A DNA stretch of 64,000 nucleotides, from positions 58,951-122,950 of the IMG/VR virus record IMGVR_UViG_3300017913_001781. The stretch is one strand, 5' to 3'. Made by a program: the position numbers and the translations under genes. Source of the DNA: a virus. Its lineage: Duplodnaviria; Caudoviricetes. Position 1 is the stretch's first letter. Every line of letters begins with the position of its first letter. Below the pieces are notes generated by a model, which worked only from the letters and a program-made list of their open reading frames with translations, did not search any database and was not told the DNA's origin. Of the stretch, positions 19,252 through 27,257 are shown piece by piece.

Positions 19252-20421
19252 ATGCCCGCTCTTAGTAAAGTACAACAAAGATTAATGGGAATGGCTTACG
19301 CTTATAAGAAGGGTGAGCTTGACTCTAAAGATGCTAGTCAAGAGGTTAAAGATCTCGCAGATTCTATGACTCTTAAGCAGCTTAAGAAATTTGCTGCAAC
19401 TAAACACGAAGGTTTACCAGAAAGAGTACCTGAAAATATTCAAGCCGGTCAAATTAATGGCATGGGTCCAATACAATTACCCGCTGACGGTTTACTTGGA
19501 TCTGGAGATGTACCTGCTGGTAGGGGCGACGCAGAAGAAGAATATAAAAAAAAGAAAAAGAAGATGGCAAACTTCGAAGAATTTATAAATGGGTTAAATA
19601 CTCAACCCAAATCAGGTGTTAATGAAACTAGATTTTACGCAATATTTCAAGGCGCAAAGCATGAAATTGAAGCAGATAGTCTATGGGCTGCAAAGCAAAA
19701 GGCTATCACAGATCTAAAGGTCAAAAAGAAAGATGTTGGATTATTGGCGATTGTAAATGCAGACGAACATGATGATTTTTCTAAGGGAAAGAAGGGACAA
19801 TTCCAATTTGAGTCTGATCAAGTCGACGAAGTTTATACCGGAACCGCATCTGATTTTAAATATGAATTTCCAAACCAATTTGAAGATGTCACGGGTTTTT
19901 CTGATAAAGCCATTAAAGGTATTAGAAAGAAAGGTAAAAATGGCTACGAAGTTAGAACTTCTACATATGCCGGTAAAGAATATATGGAAGCTGTTGGTAA
20001 ACAAATGGGTCTAGAACTTAAAAAGTTTGAGAAGCATAGTAATATGTGCATCACTGTTTATGAATCTGTTATCTCTGAAATCAGAACGTCTAGTTGGGGA
20101 GATTTAGAATATACAGAAGAAGATGTCAATAAAACTCACGGATGGTGTGGCACTTTAGCTAACGAATTAGGTGAAGATAAAGCTATGTTTTTAACTCATC
20201 AAGGAATTCATGACCTTCAAAAAAGACACATGGGTTTAACAGCTTGGGAAGCTTTAGCTGTTCTTAATTCAAAAGCAGGTAGACATGCGGCTGAAGCCTT
20301 TTTAGGAGGAGAAGCTGCCGCATCTGATACTACTTCAGCATTGATTTGGTACTTTGGTAGTAAAAGAAAGGTACAGCAAGCTGCTAAAGAAGAAGCAGAG
20401 CTTCAATTTCCAAGTAAGTAA
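19252..20421 (+). CDS. DUF3008-like N-terminal domain multidomain protein
   Basis: The N-terminus MPALSKVQQRLMGMA...SMTLKQLKKFAATKHEGLP matches the DUF3008 pattern. There is an internal MANFEEFING and VNE/VYE/ISE linkers. Confidence 0.6.
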   Translation: MPALSKVQQRLMGMAYAYKKGELDSKDASQEVKDLADSMTLKQLKKFAATKHEGLPERVPENIQAGQINGMGPIQLPADGLLGSGDVPAGRGDAEEEYKKKKKKMANFEEFINGLNTQPKSGVNETRFYAIFQGAKHEIEADSLWAAKQKAITDLKVKKKDVGLLAIVNADEHDDFSKGKKGQFQFESDQVDEVYTGTASDFKYEFPNQFEDVTGFSDKAIKGIRKKGKNGYEVRTSTYAGKEYMEAVGKQMGLELKKFEKHSNMCITVYESVISEIRTSSWGDLEYTEEDVNKTHGWCGTLANELGEDKAMFLTHQGIHDLQKRHMGLTAWEALAVLNSKAGRHAAEAFLGGEAAASDTTSALIWYFGSKRKVQQAAKEEAELQFPSK

Positions 20422-20442
20422 TTAACATTTTAACAAAATTTA

Positions 20443-20474
20443 AAAAGCCCAGACTTTTAAGTTTGGGCTTTTTT
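20443..20474 (+). terminator. Rho-independent terminator (possibly bidirectional)
   Basis: AAAAAGCCCAGAC-TTTTAA-GTTTGGGCTTTTTT hairpin plus T tract. Confidence 0.85.
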
Positions 20475-20493
20475 ATGTATATTAGATATGTAA
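20450..20493 (+). promoter_or_regulatory. Putative early (host sigma-type) promoter
   Basis: CAGACTTT...GTATATTAGA-TA-TGTAA, repeated at 20945-20987. TATATTAG resembles the Bacteroidota -7 element TAnnTTTG. Confidence 0.55.
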
Positions 20494-20645
20494 TGACAGA
20501 CAATAAAAAAGATAAAGATATTCTAAACGGCCTTAATTTGCGCCACGTCGCTCAAATTGTGCGCCGTAAGATGATTACAAAATCAGTGCCTTCTAAAAAG
20601 AATTACACTCGTAAGAAGAAGCATAAAAATCAAGACGATCAATGA
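20493..20645 (+). CDS. Small basic protein (ArfA-like C-terminal motif)
   Basis: MTDNKKDK...RRKMITKSVPSKKNYTRKKKHKN. The ATG at 20493 is preferred because the upstream TTG lies inside the terminator. Confidence 0.5.
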   Translation: MTDNKKDKDILNGLNLRHVAQIVRRKMITKSVPSKKNYTRKKKHKNQDDQ

Positions 20646-20929
20646 AGCTTTTAATGTGTACCGAATGTAAAGACATCTTTAATCTCAAGTATGAGACTAA
20701 AGCATGTACTTGTAAAAAAACTAAAGGACGTTATATTGATGAACTAAATGCAACATATAGCGGACCTGCTATTCCTATTGGTTTTGCAAATTCAAGCTTT
20801 TTAGAAGCAGCTAGTCGGCAAAATTTTATGAATATTATAGAGAGAGACTCTAAAGATGTTTGTTGTGCAGGCGAAGAATTCACAGCCTTTATTATTCCAG
20901 AGTGGGCCACCTCGCTTGAAAAAATTTAA
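20642..20929 (+). CDS. Small Cys-rich (Zn-ribbon) hypothetical protein
   Basis: CTECKD and CTCKK motifs. Confidence 0.6.
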   Translation: MKLLMCTECKDIFNLKYETKACTCKKTKGRYIDELNATYSGPAIPIGFANSSFLEAASRQNFMNIIERDSKDVCCAGEEFTAFIIPEWATSLEKI

Positions 20930-20944
20930 CACTTTTTAACATTT

Positions 20945-20987
20945 CAGATTTTCAGGTTGACCAGAATTTCGTATATTAGACCTGTAA
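20945..20987 (+). promoter_or_regulatory. Putative early (host sigma-type) promoter
   Basis: CAGATTTT...GTATATTAGA-CC-TGTAA, preceded by TTAACA x2 as at 20422. Confidence 0.6.
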
Positions 20988-21006
20988 CGTTAATCACAAA
21001 CAAACA

Positions 21007-21222
21007 ATGATTAGAGCAAAACAACCCAAAAACGAGATCGTTATCGACCTCACCGGCCCCGAAGGCAACGCCAATGTTATCCTCGCTTATGCTAACCGAT
21101 TTGCAAAGCAACTTGGCTATGACGCTGATAAGATTCTAGAAGAGATGACGAGCGGAGACTATGAAAATCTGATCAATGTCTTTGACTCTTACTTCGGTGA
21201 CTTTGTAATCCTTGAACGCTAA
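21007..21222 (+). CDS. Conserved small phage hypothetical protein (early)
   Basis: IDLTGPEGNA...MTSGDYENL pattern typical of a small phage protein family. Confidence 0.65.
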   Translation: MIRAKQPKNEIVIDLTGPEGNANVILAYANRFAKQLGYDADKILEEMTSGDYENLINVFDSYFGDFVILER

Positions 21223-21241
21223 TTAATAAATCTTAAAAGAT

Positions 21242-21625
21242 ATGAGTAACAAAATCAACTCCCTCGACCGCACTGCAGTCCGCCGTATTAATGACGATAT
21301 TCAATCTGCACTTGATGCAGTAGCTAAGCGTTATGGTGTTCAGATCAAAGTCGGTAACTCTCGCTTCTCTAATACTAATTGTACTACTAAGATTGACATC
21401 TCTACTGTTAATGAAGGCGGAACAGTTATGACCAAAGAAGCTACTGATTTTAATCGCTTTGCCTCTAGCTTTGGTATTACTAAGAAGTTGGGTGATACTT
21501 TTGACTTCCGCTACGATACTTATGAGATTGTCGGTCTCAAGCCTCGAAGCTCAAAATACCCGGTTTTGGCCAAGAACCTTTCTAACGGCAAGACCTTTAA
21601 GTTTCCTGCAAATGTCATCAACTAA
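21242..21625 (+). CDS. Hypothetical early protein
   Basis: 127-aa ORF with CGC/CGT-rich codon usage like its neighbours. Confidence 0.65.
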   Translation: MSNKINSLDRTAVRRINDDIQSALDAVAKRYGVQIKVGNSRFSNTNCTTKIDISTVNEGGTVMTKEATDFNRFASSFGITKKLGDTFDFRYDTYEIVGLKPRSSKYPVLAKNLSNGKTFKFPANVIN

Positions 21626-21767
21626 TCAACTCACGGAACGGCTCGCTCTCCTTCGTGGAGCGCGAGCTAATCTTGCTCAATCTATCTCAGTTATGGAAGA
21701 GCAATATGAAGAACTTAATGTTCAAATAGAAGAAACTTTAGAAGAAATTCAAAAACAAAAATCATGA
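21612..21767 (+). CDS. Small coiled-coil hypothetical protein
   Basis: MSSTNQLTERLALLRGARANLAQ.... The ATG at 21612 is in frame with track ORF 21459..21767 and avoids a long overlap. Confidence 0.55.
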   Translation: MSSTNQLTERLALLRGARANLAQSISVMEEQYEELNVQIEETLEEIQKQKS

Positions 21768-21901
21768 ATCAATACGCAATTAATCTCCTTAAAGAGGCGG
21801 GCTACTCACAGGCCACGATCGATCAAATGAACCCAAGTCAAATTCGAAACTTGGCTCTTGAAATTGAAGCCGAACTCGAACAATTTAAAATGCAATCATG
21901 A
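21764..21901 (+). CDS. Small hypothetical protein (45 aa, not in the ORF track)
   Basis: MNQYAINLLKEAGYSQATIDQMNPSQIRNLALEIEAELEQFKMQS, with ATGA overlaps on both sides. Confidence 0.6.
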   Translation: MNQYAINLLKEAGYSQATIDQMNPSQIRNLALEIEAELEQFKMQS

Positions 21902-22128
21902 TCTGTACAGTAAAAGATTTTGTAATGTTTGGCTTTAACTTTCCGTCAAACTTTGTTGAAAAAGCCTTTGAAAATCAAGGCGATTTGATGATTAATCATC
22001 TTAAAGAAAAATTTAATGCAGCTTACGATCAGGCTGGAAGTCGAGGTGCAATGAACACCTTTTATGCTCAGCTTGACGGTAAAAACCAATTTCTTTTGGA
22101 GAATTACGTTGCTGAATATTATTCTTGA
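21898..22128 (+). CDS. Hypothetical early protein
   Basis: 76-aa ORF coupled to the upstream ORF. Confidence 0.6.
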   Translation: MICTVKDFVMFGFNFPSNFVEKAFENQGDLMINHLKEKFNAAYDQAGSRGAMNTFYAQLDGKNQFLLENYVAEYYS

Positions 22129-22150
22129 TAATTAGCGTTACACCTAAGTT

Positions 22151-22179
22151 AAAGGCAGTGAAACTTTCGCTGCCTTTTT
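22151..22179 (+). terminator. Rho-independent terminator overlapping a middle-type promoter
   Basis: AAAGGCAGTGAAACTTTCGCTGCCTTTTT inverted repeat plus T tract. Confidence 0.8.
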
Positions 22180-22186
22180 CATATAA
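22159..22186 (+). promoter_or_regulatory. Middle-type promoter TGAAAC-N17-TATAA
   Basis: Same spacing as the sites at 8667, 26760 and 44723. Confidence 0.6.
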
Positions 22187-22201
22187 ATAAAAAGTTATGA
22201 T

Positions 22202-22501
22202 ATGGCCAATAATATACTAGACCAAGCAAATAAGATTATCAACGAACGATCAGAAGAGAAAGAACGCCAATATGGACCTTTCGAAGAAGGCATGCGTCGA
22301 GCTGCCATGATTTGTTCAGGAATGACAGGTAAAGAGTGGAATGGCTCTGATATGTACGCTGCTCTTGTTGCACTTAAGCTTAGCAGACACTCTTATAACT
22401 ATAAAGAAGACAACCTTCTTGATGCTGTAGCGTATCTCGGTGCTCTTAACAATTATGTTGAAAAGCACGGCTATGGCGAATCAGAAGATCCAATTAAATA
22501 A
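22202..22501 (+). CDS. DUF6378-like small helical protein (dNTP-pyrophosphatase-associated family)
   Basis: ILDQANKIIN.R...RQYG....ALKLSR...KEDNLLDAVAY pattern. Confidence 0.7.
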   Translation: MANNILDQANKIINERSEEKERQYGPFEEGMRRAAMICSGMTGKEWNGSDMYAALVALKLSRHSYNYKEDNLLDAVAYLGALNNYVEKHGYGESEDPIK

Positions 22502-22503
22502 GT

Positions 22504-23577
22504 ATGAGTGAACTAAAGTACCTATCGGATTATATTGGCGATAAGTCGTCTCGTATTGGTATTGTAGCTCTTGTCGGTAAGTTAAGTCCTAAGATTAGCT
22601 CACATAAATCAGGCTGGGCATATCACTTGGCAAATCAATGCGTAAACGCAGGTTATGAGAACGTTGATGTAATCACAGATACCAATATAGATTGGTCAGA
22701 TTACGACGCAATTCTACTAGAACATGGTATGGAATTTAAAGGCACCTTCAATATTTTTGGCGGTGCTAATGACGATTTGTATCATCAAATTATGCGCATC
22801 TTTAGCTCTACTGAGTTGTACAGTTTACACCATGATATGCCATGTATTGGTACTTTAATTGAGCAGCGTCTTCATACTGGTACAGATCTATTCAAGACGC
22901 TTGAAGACAAGATCGAAGATATTAAACGAATCTGTGAAAATGAGATTCCAAGAATTGACTGTATTGAAAAGACAGACAAGCTTTGTTTTGGAGATAGTCA
23001 TTCGTTTAGCCAATACACTCCAGGTTACATGACTCAGCGTCACGATGGTTTAACTATGCATGGCGCTCTTAAGCGAGGGTTGGACACATATGTTTATCCA
23101 TGGATCAAGTCACTTCGAGTTTATTTAGGTAATATTGATGTTCGTCATCATTTAATGAGACAGGATAATCCTTCGGCTTCTGTTAAGACACTGTTGAAGA
23201 ACTATGAGAGTGAATTACTAAAGCTTCAAGAAAATGGAGTTGAAGAGATTGAAGTAGTTCATGTTTTACCTATTGAACATGAAAGCCGACCATTGCCGAA
23301 GACCGGTTACTACAAAGATACACCATTCTTTGGTACATGGGCTGAACGCACAAGTCTTACTAAAGAGATTAATTCGGGCATTGATGAAATGTGTGCGCGT
23401 AACAATTGGAATGTTTACAAACACCCTGACGTTTACTTTAATGGAGATGGAGAATTGACATTTGACGTAATGGAAAAACCTAAGTCAGTTCATATCGCTA
23501 GAGAGTATTATCGTTGGGATTTAGTTGAAAACTGTCCTAATAAAAAACTAATTAAACAAACTATGTCATTATTCTAA
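22504..23577 (+). CDS. SGNH-hydrolase-like protein in the putative DNA modification operon
   Basis: Block I FGDSHS, G-L-T-M-H-G, block III YLGNIDVRHH, and C-terminal KSVH. Confidence 0.55.
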   Translation: MSELKYLSDYIGDKSSRIGIVALVGKLSPKISSHKSGWAYHLANQCVNAGYENVDVITDTNIDWSDYDAILLEHGMEFKGTFNIFGGANDDLYHQIMRIFSSTELYSLHHDMPCIGTLIEQRLHTGTDLFKTLEDKIEDIKRICENEIPRIDCIEKTDKLCFGDSHSFSQYTPGYMTQRHDGLTMHGALKRGLDTYVYPWIKSLRVYLGNIDVRHHLMRQDNPSASVKTLLKNYESELLKLQENGVEEIEVVHVLPIEHESRPLPKTGYYKDTPFFGTWAERTSLTKEINSGIDEMCARNNWNVYKHPDVYFNGDGELTFDVMEKPKSVHIAREYYRWDLVENCPNKKLIKQTMSLF

Positions 23578-24803
23578 TGGAGATTACAACAACCAAATAT
23601 TATGACGAGTTTATTAGGTACTTTAACTTAGCTCTTGATCAGCAACAGAAAAGCAATCTAGGTCATACACCTCACCAAGATTCAGATATGAACGATCCAT
23701 TGATGGAGCAGATTGAGCTCTATGATGTGGTCGAACGTAAGTTTGCTGGCTTTAGTCAAATTGTAAACGATGTATTTTATGGCTGGACAGAGGACCATCC
23801 ATATTGGTCTAGAATGGAAGAAGGGTTAGTGACTTCTCAAAGACTTGAGGTTGCTAAGAACTGGACAGGCAAGCAAGATGTATTTGGACTTGAAGAGTGG
23901 CTGTATGTTTTTATTCTACACAGAGTCTGTGGATCTGCAATTAATTATGCTACTAAGCCAAGTGGTTACCATAACACTATCCTATTTGATCTGTGGCAAT
24001 CTGATACTATTGAACAGATGTGTGAGCAAGTTAAATCTCGTACGACTCCATTCTATACGTCAGTAGGTTATCAATTTCCAGCTTTTCCAAAGCCACCTCA
24101 ACCAGAAGTTCAAGAGAATGTTTTTGTAGGCATGTCTGGTTTTGAAGCACCTAAGTTTACATATAAAAGAGGTGGCGATTACTTCTTATGCGAGTTTGCT
24201 CCGCGATTAGCCCGCGATATGGCCAACTATTTGAGAAAGGGGCCAAAGAAAGACTTACGAGAATTAGGAGAGTGGATGTTTAAGTGGAACACTGATAATG
24301 GTTTAAGAGCTTATCGATTCCAATATGCAGCTGTGATTGCCGATGTTTGTGATTGGTTCCCAGAGTTTATGAATCGCGAGTCTATGTTTTATTATGGTAC
24401 CAATGCGGTTGAATGTATCGGTTATTTGGCCGACACTAAAGACGGTAAAGGTAAGAAGTCTGAGCCATTCTTGGACGCAGTGATGACTAAGATATACGAA
24501 GAGACTGGTTCGTTACCCTATAATGCAGAAGATGTAGCATGTGACTTTATTCGTTGGATAGAAAACTACATGAGACCGGGCGCTGATTACAATCACATCA
24601 ATATGGATACTCTGTGGAATAGTTCTACTATATTGGATCACCCATACGGCCGACAAAAGGCTATGCTTGATTTAGGATTGGTCGAAACATTCAATGGTAT
24701 GACTCACCACCCCTCGGATGATAAGATTATCTCAGAAGCTGGCTTGACGGTAGAACAATATAAAAACAAAGTCAAAAAACTATACGAATGTCAAACAGCG
24801 TAA
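23577..24803 (+). CDS. Divergent aGPT-Pplase1/5hmdU-kinase-helical-like DNA base modification protein (paralogue 1)
   Basis: DPLMEQIELYDVVERKFAGFS, FQYAAVIAD, YYGTNAVECI and AEDVACDFIRW align by eye with the DPIL..YRF.NV.R / F.AYQ...D / GPGA..G / N..CE..KY pattern of this HhH-glycosylase-like family. Confidence 0.55.
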   Translation: MEITTTKYYDEFIRYFNLALDQQQKSNLGHTPHQDSDMNDPLMEQIELYDVVERKFAGFSQIVNDVFYGWTEDHPYWSRMEEGLVTSQRLEVAKNWTGKQDVFGLEEWLYVFILHRVCGSAINYATKPSGYHNTILFDLWQSDTIEQMCEQVKSRTTPFYTSVGYQFPAFPKPPQPEVQENVFVGMSGFEAPKFTYKRGGDYFLCEFAPRLARDMANYLRKGPKKDLRELGEWMFKWNTDNGLRAYRFQYAAVIADVCDWFPEFMNRESMFYYGTNAVECIGYLADTKDGKGKKSEPFLDAVMTKIYEETGSLPYNAEDVACDFIRWIENYMRPGADYNHINMDTLWNSSTILDHPYGRQKAMLDLGLVETFNGMTHHPSDDKIISEAGLTVEQYKNKVKKLYECQTA

Positions 24804-25876
24804 AAGAAAAAGAAACTATTATTATGCCTTTGTTTGACGAGGAAGGTATCAACGTATTTCCAACTAATAATATTAAGTATCCTAAAACGGTTGAAGTGCC
24901 TTTAAAAAATGGCAAGCCTAAAGAATCTTGGATGCAAAAATGGAGCGAAGAAGAAAGAATAGAAAAGTTCTTTGAGTTTTGTCGAGTCTTTGACTTGAGA
25001 GAAGACGAGCTATTGAGAACAGATTACCAAATCTTCTCGCATCGTTTACATTGGCACGAGCACTCTTACTGTGATTTTATGAAGAAGATCACTGATAATA
25101 AAGAGAGGTTATGGTACACTCTTGTCTTCTCATTTACAAACGAACATTGGAAGACTTTAACTACTCTTGTTGATAAGGGTGAAGAGGCTCTTGCTGAACG
25201 TTTTAAGAATCACAGGCACGCTCGTAATGACCTATTTCAGATATACTATCCAAAAGGAACAAACGTTAAGGAGTGGATCTTAGAAGGTCCAAAGAAGGCG
25301 GCTGAAGATATGTGTCATGTCTTAGAGAATCTCGATCGACCATATACGATGATGGAGTTTGCTAAGATTATGGAAAAGTACTTTAAAGAAAAGCAAGACT
25401 TTAGAAGTCCTTTATATCCATGTAAGAATACTGCCAGATATTTGGCTATGACTTGGCCAGAATTGGTTGACCCTAACTCAGTTTTGTTTGGTGGAACTGG
25501 TCACTTTGACGGCTTACATCAGATTTTTGGAGGTCAATATCTTAATGGTAAAGTTAAGTATTCTATTGATGCTGATGGTCAATTTGTTTGTGAGAATAAG
25601 CATGCTGAAGAATGGATTAGACAGATGGAAGTTTTAGCCCAACATCCTTCTAATCCTATTAGTGAGCAAATGTGGTTGAACTTAGAAGACAAAACTTGTT
25701 TCTTCTATAAACATATTGCTATTAGCCATGGTATCAAGTCAGCAACTAAGAGAATTCCATATAATTGGATTTTTGATTCTCAGTTTGATTTGGCCAAACA
25801 CCCAAGCAATAGCGTGCAGCTTAACTCCAACACAACAAAATATTTATGGGCTAAAGATTACCCAGAAGAATTATAA
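24788..25876 (+). CDS. Divergent aGPT-Pplase1-like DNA base modification protein (paralogue 2)
   Basis: DELLRTDYQIFSHR, YPCKNTARYLAM.WPELVDPNSVLFGGTGHFDGL and LEDKTCFFYK parallel the motifs of 23577..24803. Confidence 0.5.
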   Translation: MSNSVKEKETIIMPLFDEEGINVFPTNNIKYPKTVEVPLKNGKPKESWMQKWSEEERIEKFFEFCRVFDLREDELLRTDYQIFSHRLHWHEHSYCDFMKKITDNKERLWYTLVFSFTNEHWKTLTTLVDKGEEALAERFKNHRHARNDLFQIYYPKGTNVKEWILEGPKKAAEDMCHVLENLDRPYTMMEFAKIMEKYFKEKQDFRSPLYPCKNTARYLAMTWPELVDPNSVLFGGTGHFDGLHQIFGGQYLNGKVKYSIDADGQFVCENKHAEEWIRQMEVLAQHPSNPISEQMWLNLEDKTCFFYKHIAISHGIKSATKRIPYNWIFDSQFDLAKHPSNSVQLNSNTTKYLWAKDYPEEL

Positions 25877-25877
25877 C

Positions 25878-26762
25878 ATGTCACATAATAAACATACCGA
25901 TCAATTAATTAATCAAGACTTAAATCTAATGATGCCTAATAGACAGGCGTGGTTGGATTTAGCTGGTGATTGGAAGGATCCCTTTGAAGCTCCTGAGATT
26001 CACGAGCACATGGGCTTTAATGTAGTTAGAGAAGACCTAATGGGCTTTGGATCTAAGTGTAGATTCGGAGACATTTTGGTTAGCACATGTGAGAAAGACA
26101 CTTTAGTCTATGTTCAACCTCGATATGGCTTTGCAGGTATCTCACTAGCATATTTAGCTAAAAAGTACAATAAGAAGTTGGTTTTGTTTAGTCCAAGCCA
26201 AAAAGAGATTTCAGATCACCAAGCTATTTGTGTAGAACGAGGGGCTGAGATGAAGTTTAGAAGAGTTGCAGCTATGCCTAACCTAAATCGTATTGCAAAA
26301 GCATGGGCTGAAGATAATAACGCATTCTTTATTCCATTGGGTTTGAAGCATGAACTTGTAACAGCTGCAGCTGTAAAGGTAGCATATGACCTAGCAGAAA
26401 AACATGGTTATCCAGAAGAAGTATGGTCAGCTATATCAACTGGCGTTTTGCAACGTTCATTGCAAATTGCATGGCCAGACGCCAAATTTAATGCAGTTGC
26501 AGTAGCTCGCAATATTCAAACAGGCGAAAGAGGCAAAGCTACAATATGGTCACACCCCAAGGCATTTAACCAAAATGTAAATGTTGAATATTATCCTCCA
26601 TTCCCATCAGCTCTTAACTACGACGCTAAAGCTTGGGAATTTATGGTTAAGCATGGCAGCCCTGGTGCTTGGTTTTGGAATGTCGGCGGTGACCCTAAAC
26701 CAGAACAAGAAGAAACTAAAAAGAAAGTCGACTCACAAAGAGAGTGGGGAGAAGTTCGTTGA
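25878..26762 (+). CDS. PLP-dependent fold-type II enzyme (Trp-synthase-beta superfamily), probably DNA modification
   Basis: VVREDLMGFGSKCR (PLP Lys), SAISTGV (phosphate loop), NYDAKAW and FWNVG. The ATG at 25878 follows the upstream stop. Confidence 0.75.
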   Translation: MSHNKHTDQLINQDLNLMMPNRQAWLDLAGDWKDPFEAPEIHEHMGFNVVREDLMGFGSKCRFGDILVSTCEKDTLVYVQPRYGFAGISLAYLAKKYNKKLVLFSPSQKEISDHQAICVERGAEMKFRRVAAMPNLNRIAKAWAEDNNAFFIPLGLKHELVTAAAVKVAYDLAEKHGYPEEVWSAISTGVLQRSLQIAWPDAKFNAVAVARNIQTGERGKATIWSHPKAFNQNVNVEYYPPFPSALNYDAKAWEFMVKHGSPGAWFWNVGGDPKPEQEETKKKVDSQREWGEVR

Positions 26763-26787
26763 AACTTTAACACATAAACCAATAAAA
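26760..26787 (+). promoter_or_regulatory. Middle-type promoter TGAAAC-N17-TAAAA (dUTPase/polymerase)
   Basis: Motif and spacing match. Confidence 0.5.
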
Positions 26788-26792
26788 AAATC

Positions 26793-27257
26793 ATGGCAAA
26801 CTCAGATAATAAATGTGCAGATCTAGAAGTACAAGACTTCTACACTGACGTAAAAGACACGCTCGGCCTTGTATATAACAAACAGATCGAGCTACAAAGC
26901 AGACTCGGATTTAACTTCGAGAATTGGACCCTTAAAGAAATTGCAGATTTCTGGTGTGTTAACAAACATGCTATGAGCGATGAACTTAACGAAATGTTCG
27001 ATGCTCTTGGTGGAGTTAATGATGGTATTGCTTCAGCAGCATGGAAATACTGGAAAAAAGACAATGCTAAAGCGGCTACTATGACAGTAGCTGACCTTTC
27101 TAAAGAAGATCGCCTCGAACTATTTTACGAGTGGATCGATGGTCTTCACTTCTACATGAATTTTGCTATTTCAATTGGCATGACAGCAGAAGATATAGTA
27201 AACCTCTACATGGCTAAGAACGCAGAGAATCACGATCGCCAAAACCGAGGATACTAA
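26793..27257 (+). CDS. Dimeric all-alpha dUTPase/dCTPase (T4 gp56-like)
   Basis: DELNEMFDA, WKYWK, EWIDGLHF and YMAKNAENHDRQNRGY. Confidence 0.85.
   Translation: MANSDNKCADLEVQDFYTDVKDTLGLVYNKQIELQSRLGFNFENWTLKEIADFWCVNKHAMSDELNEMFDALGGVNDGIASAAWKYWKKDNAKAATMTVADLSKEDRLELFYEWIDGLHFYMNFAISIGMTAEDIVNLYMAKNAENHDRQNRGY

Noticed and set aside
25716-25877. Longer N-terminus for the PLP enzyme, as in the ORF track
   Set aside because: It overlaps the upstream gene by about 160 nt, while the ATG at 25878 lies immediately after the upstream stop
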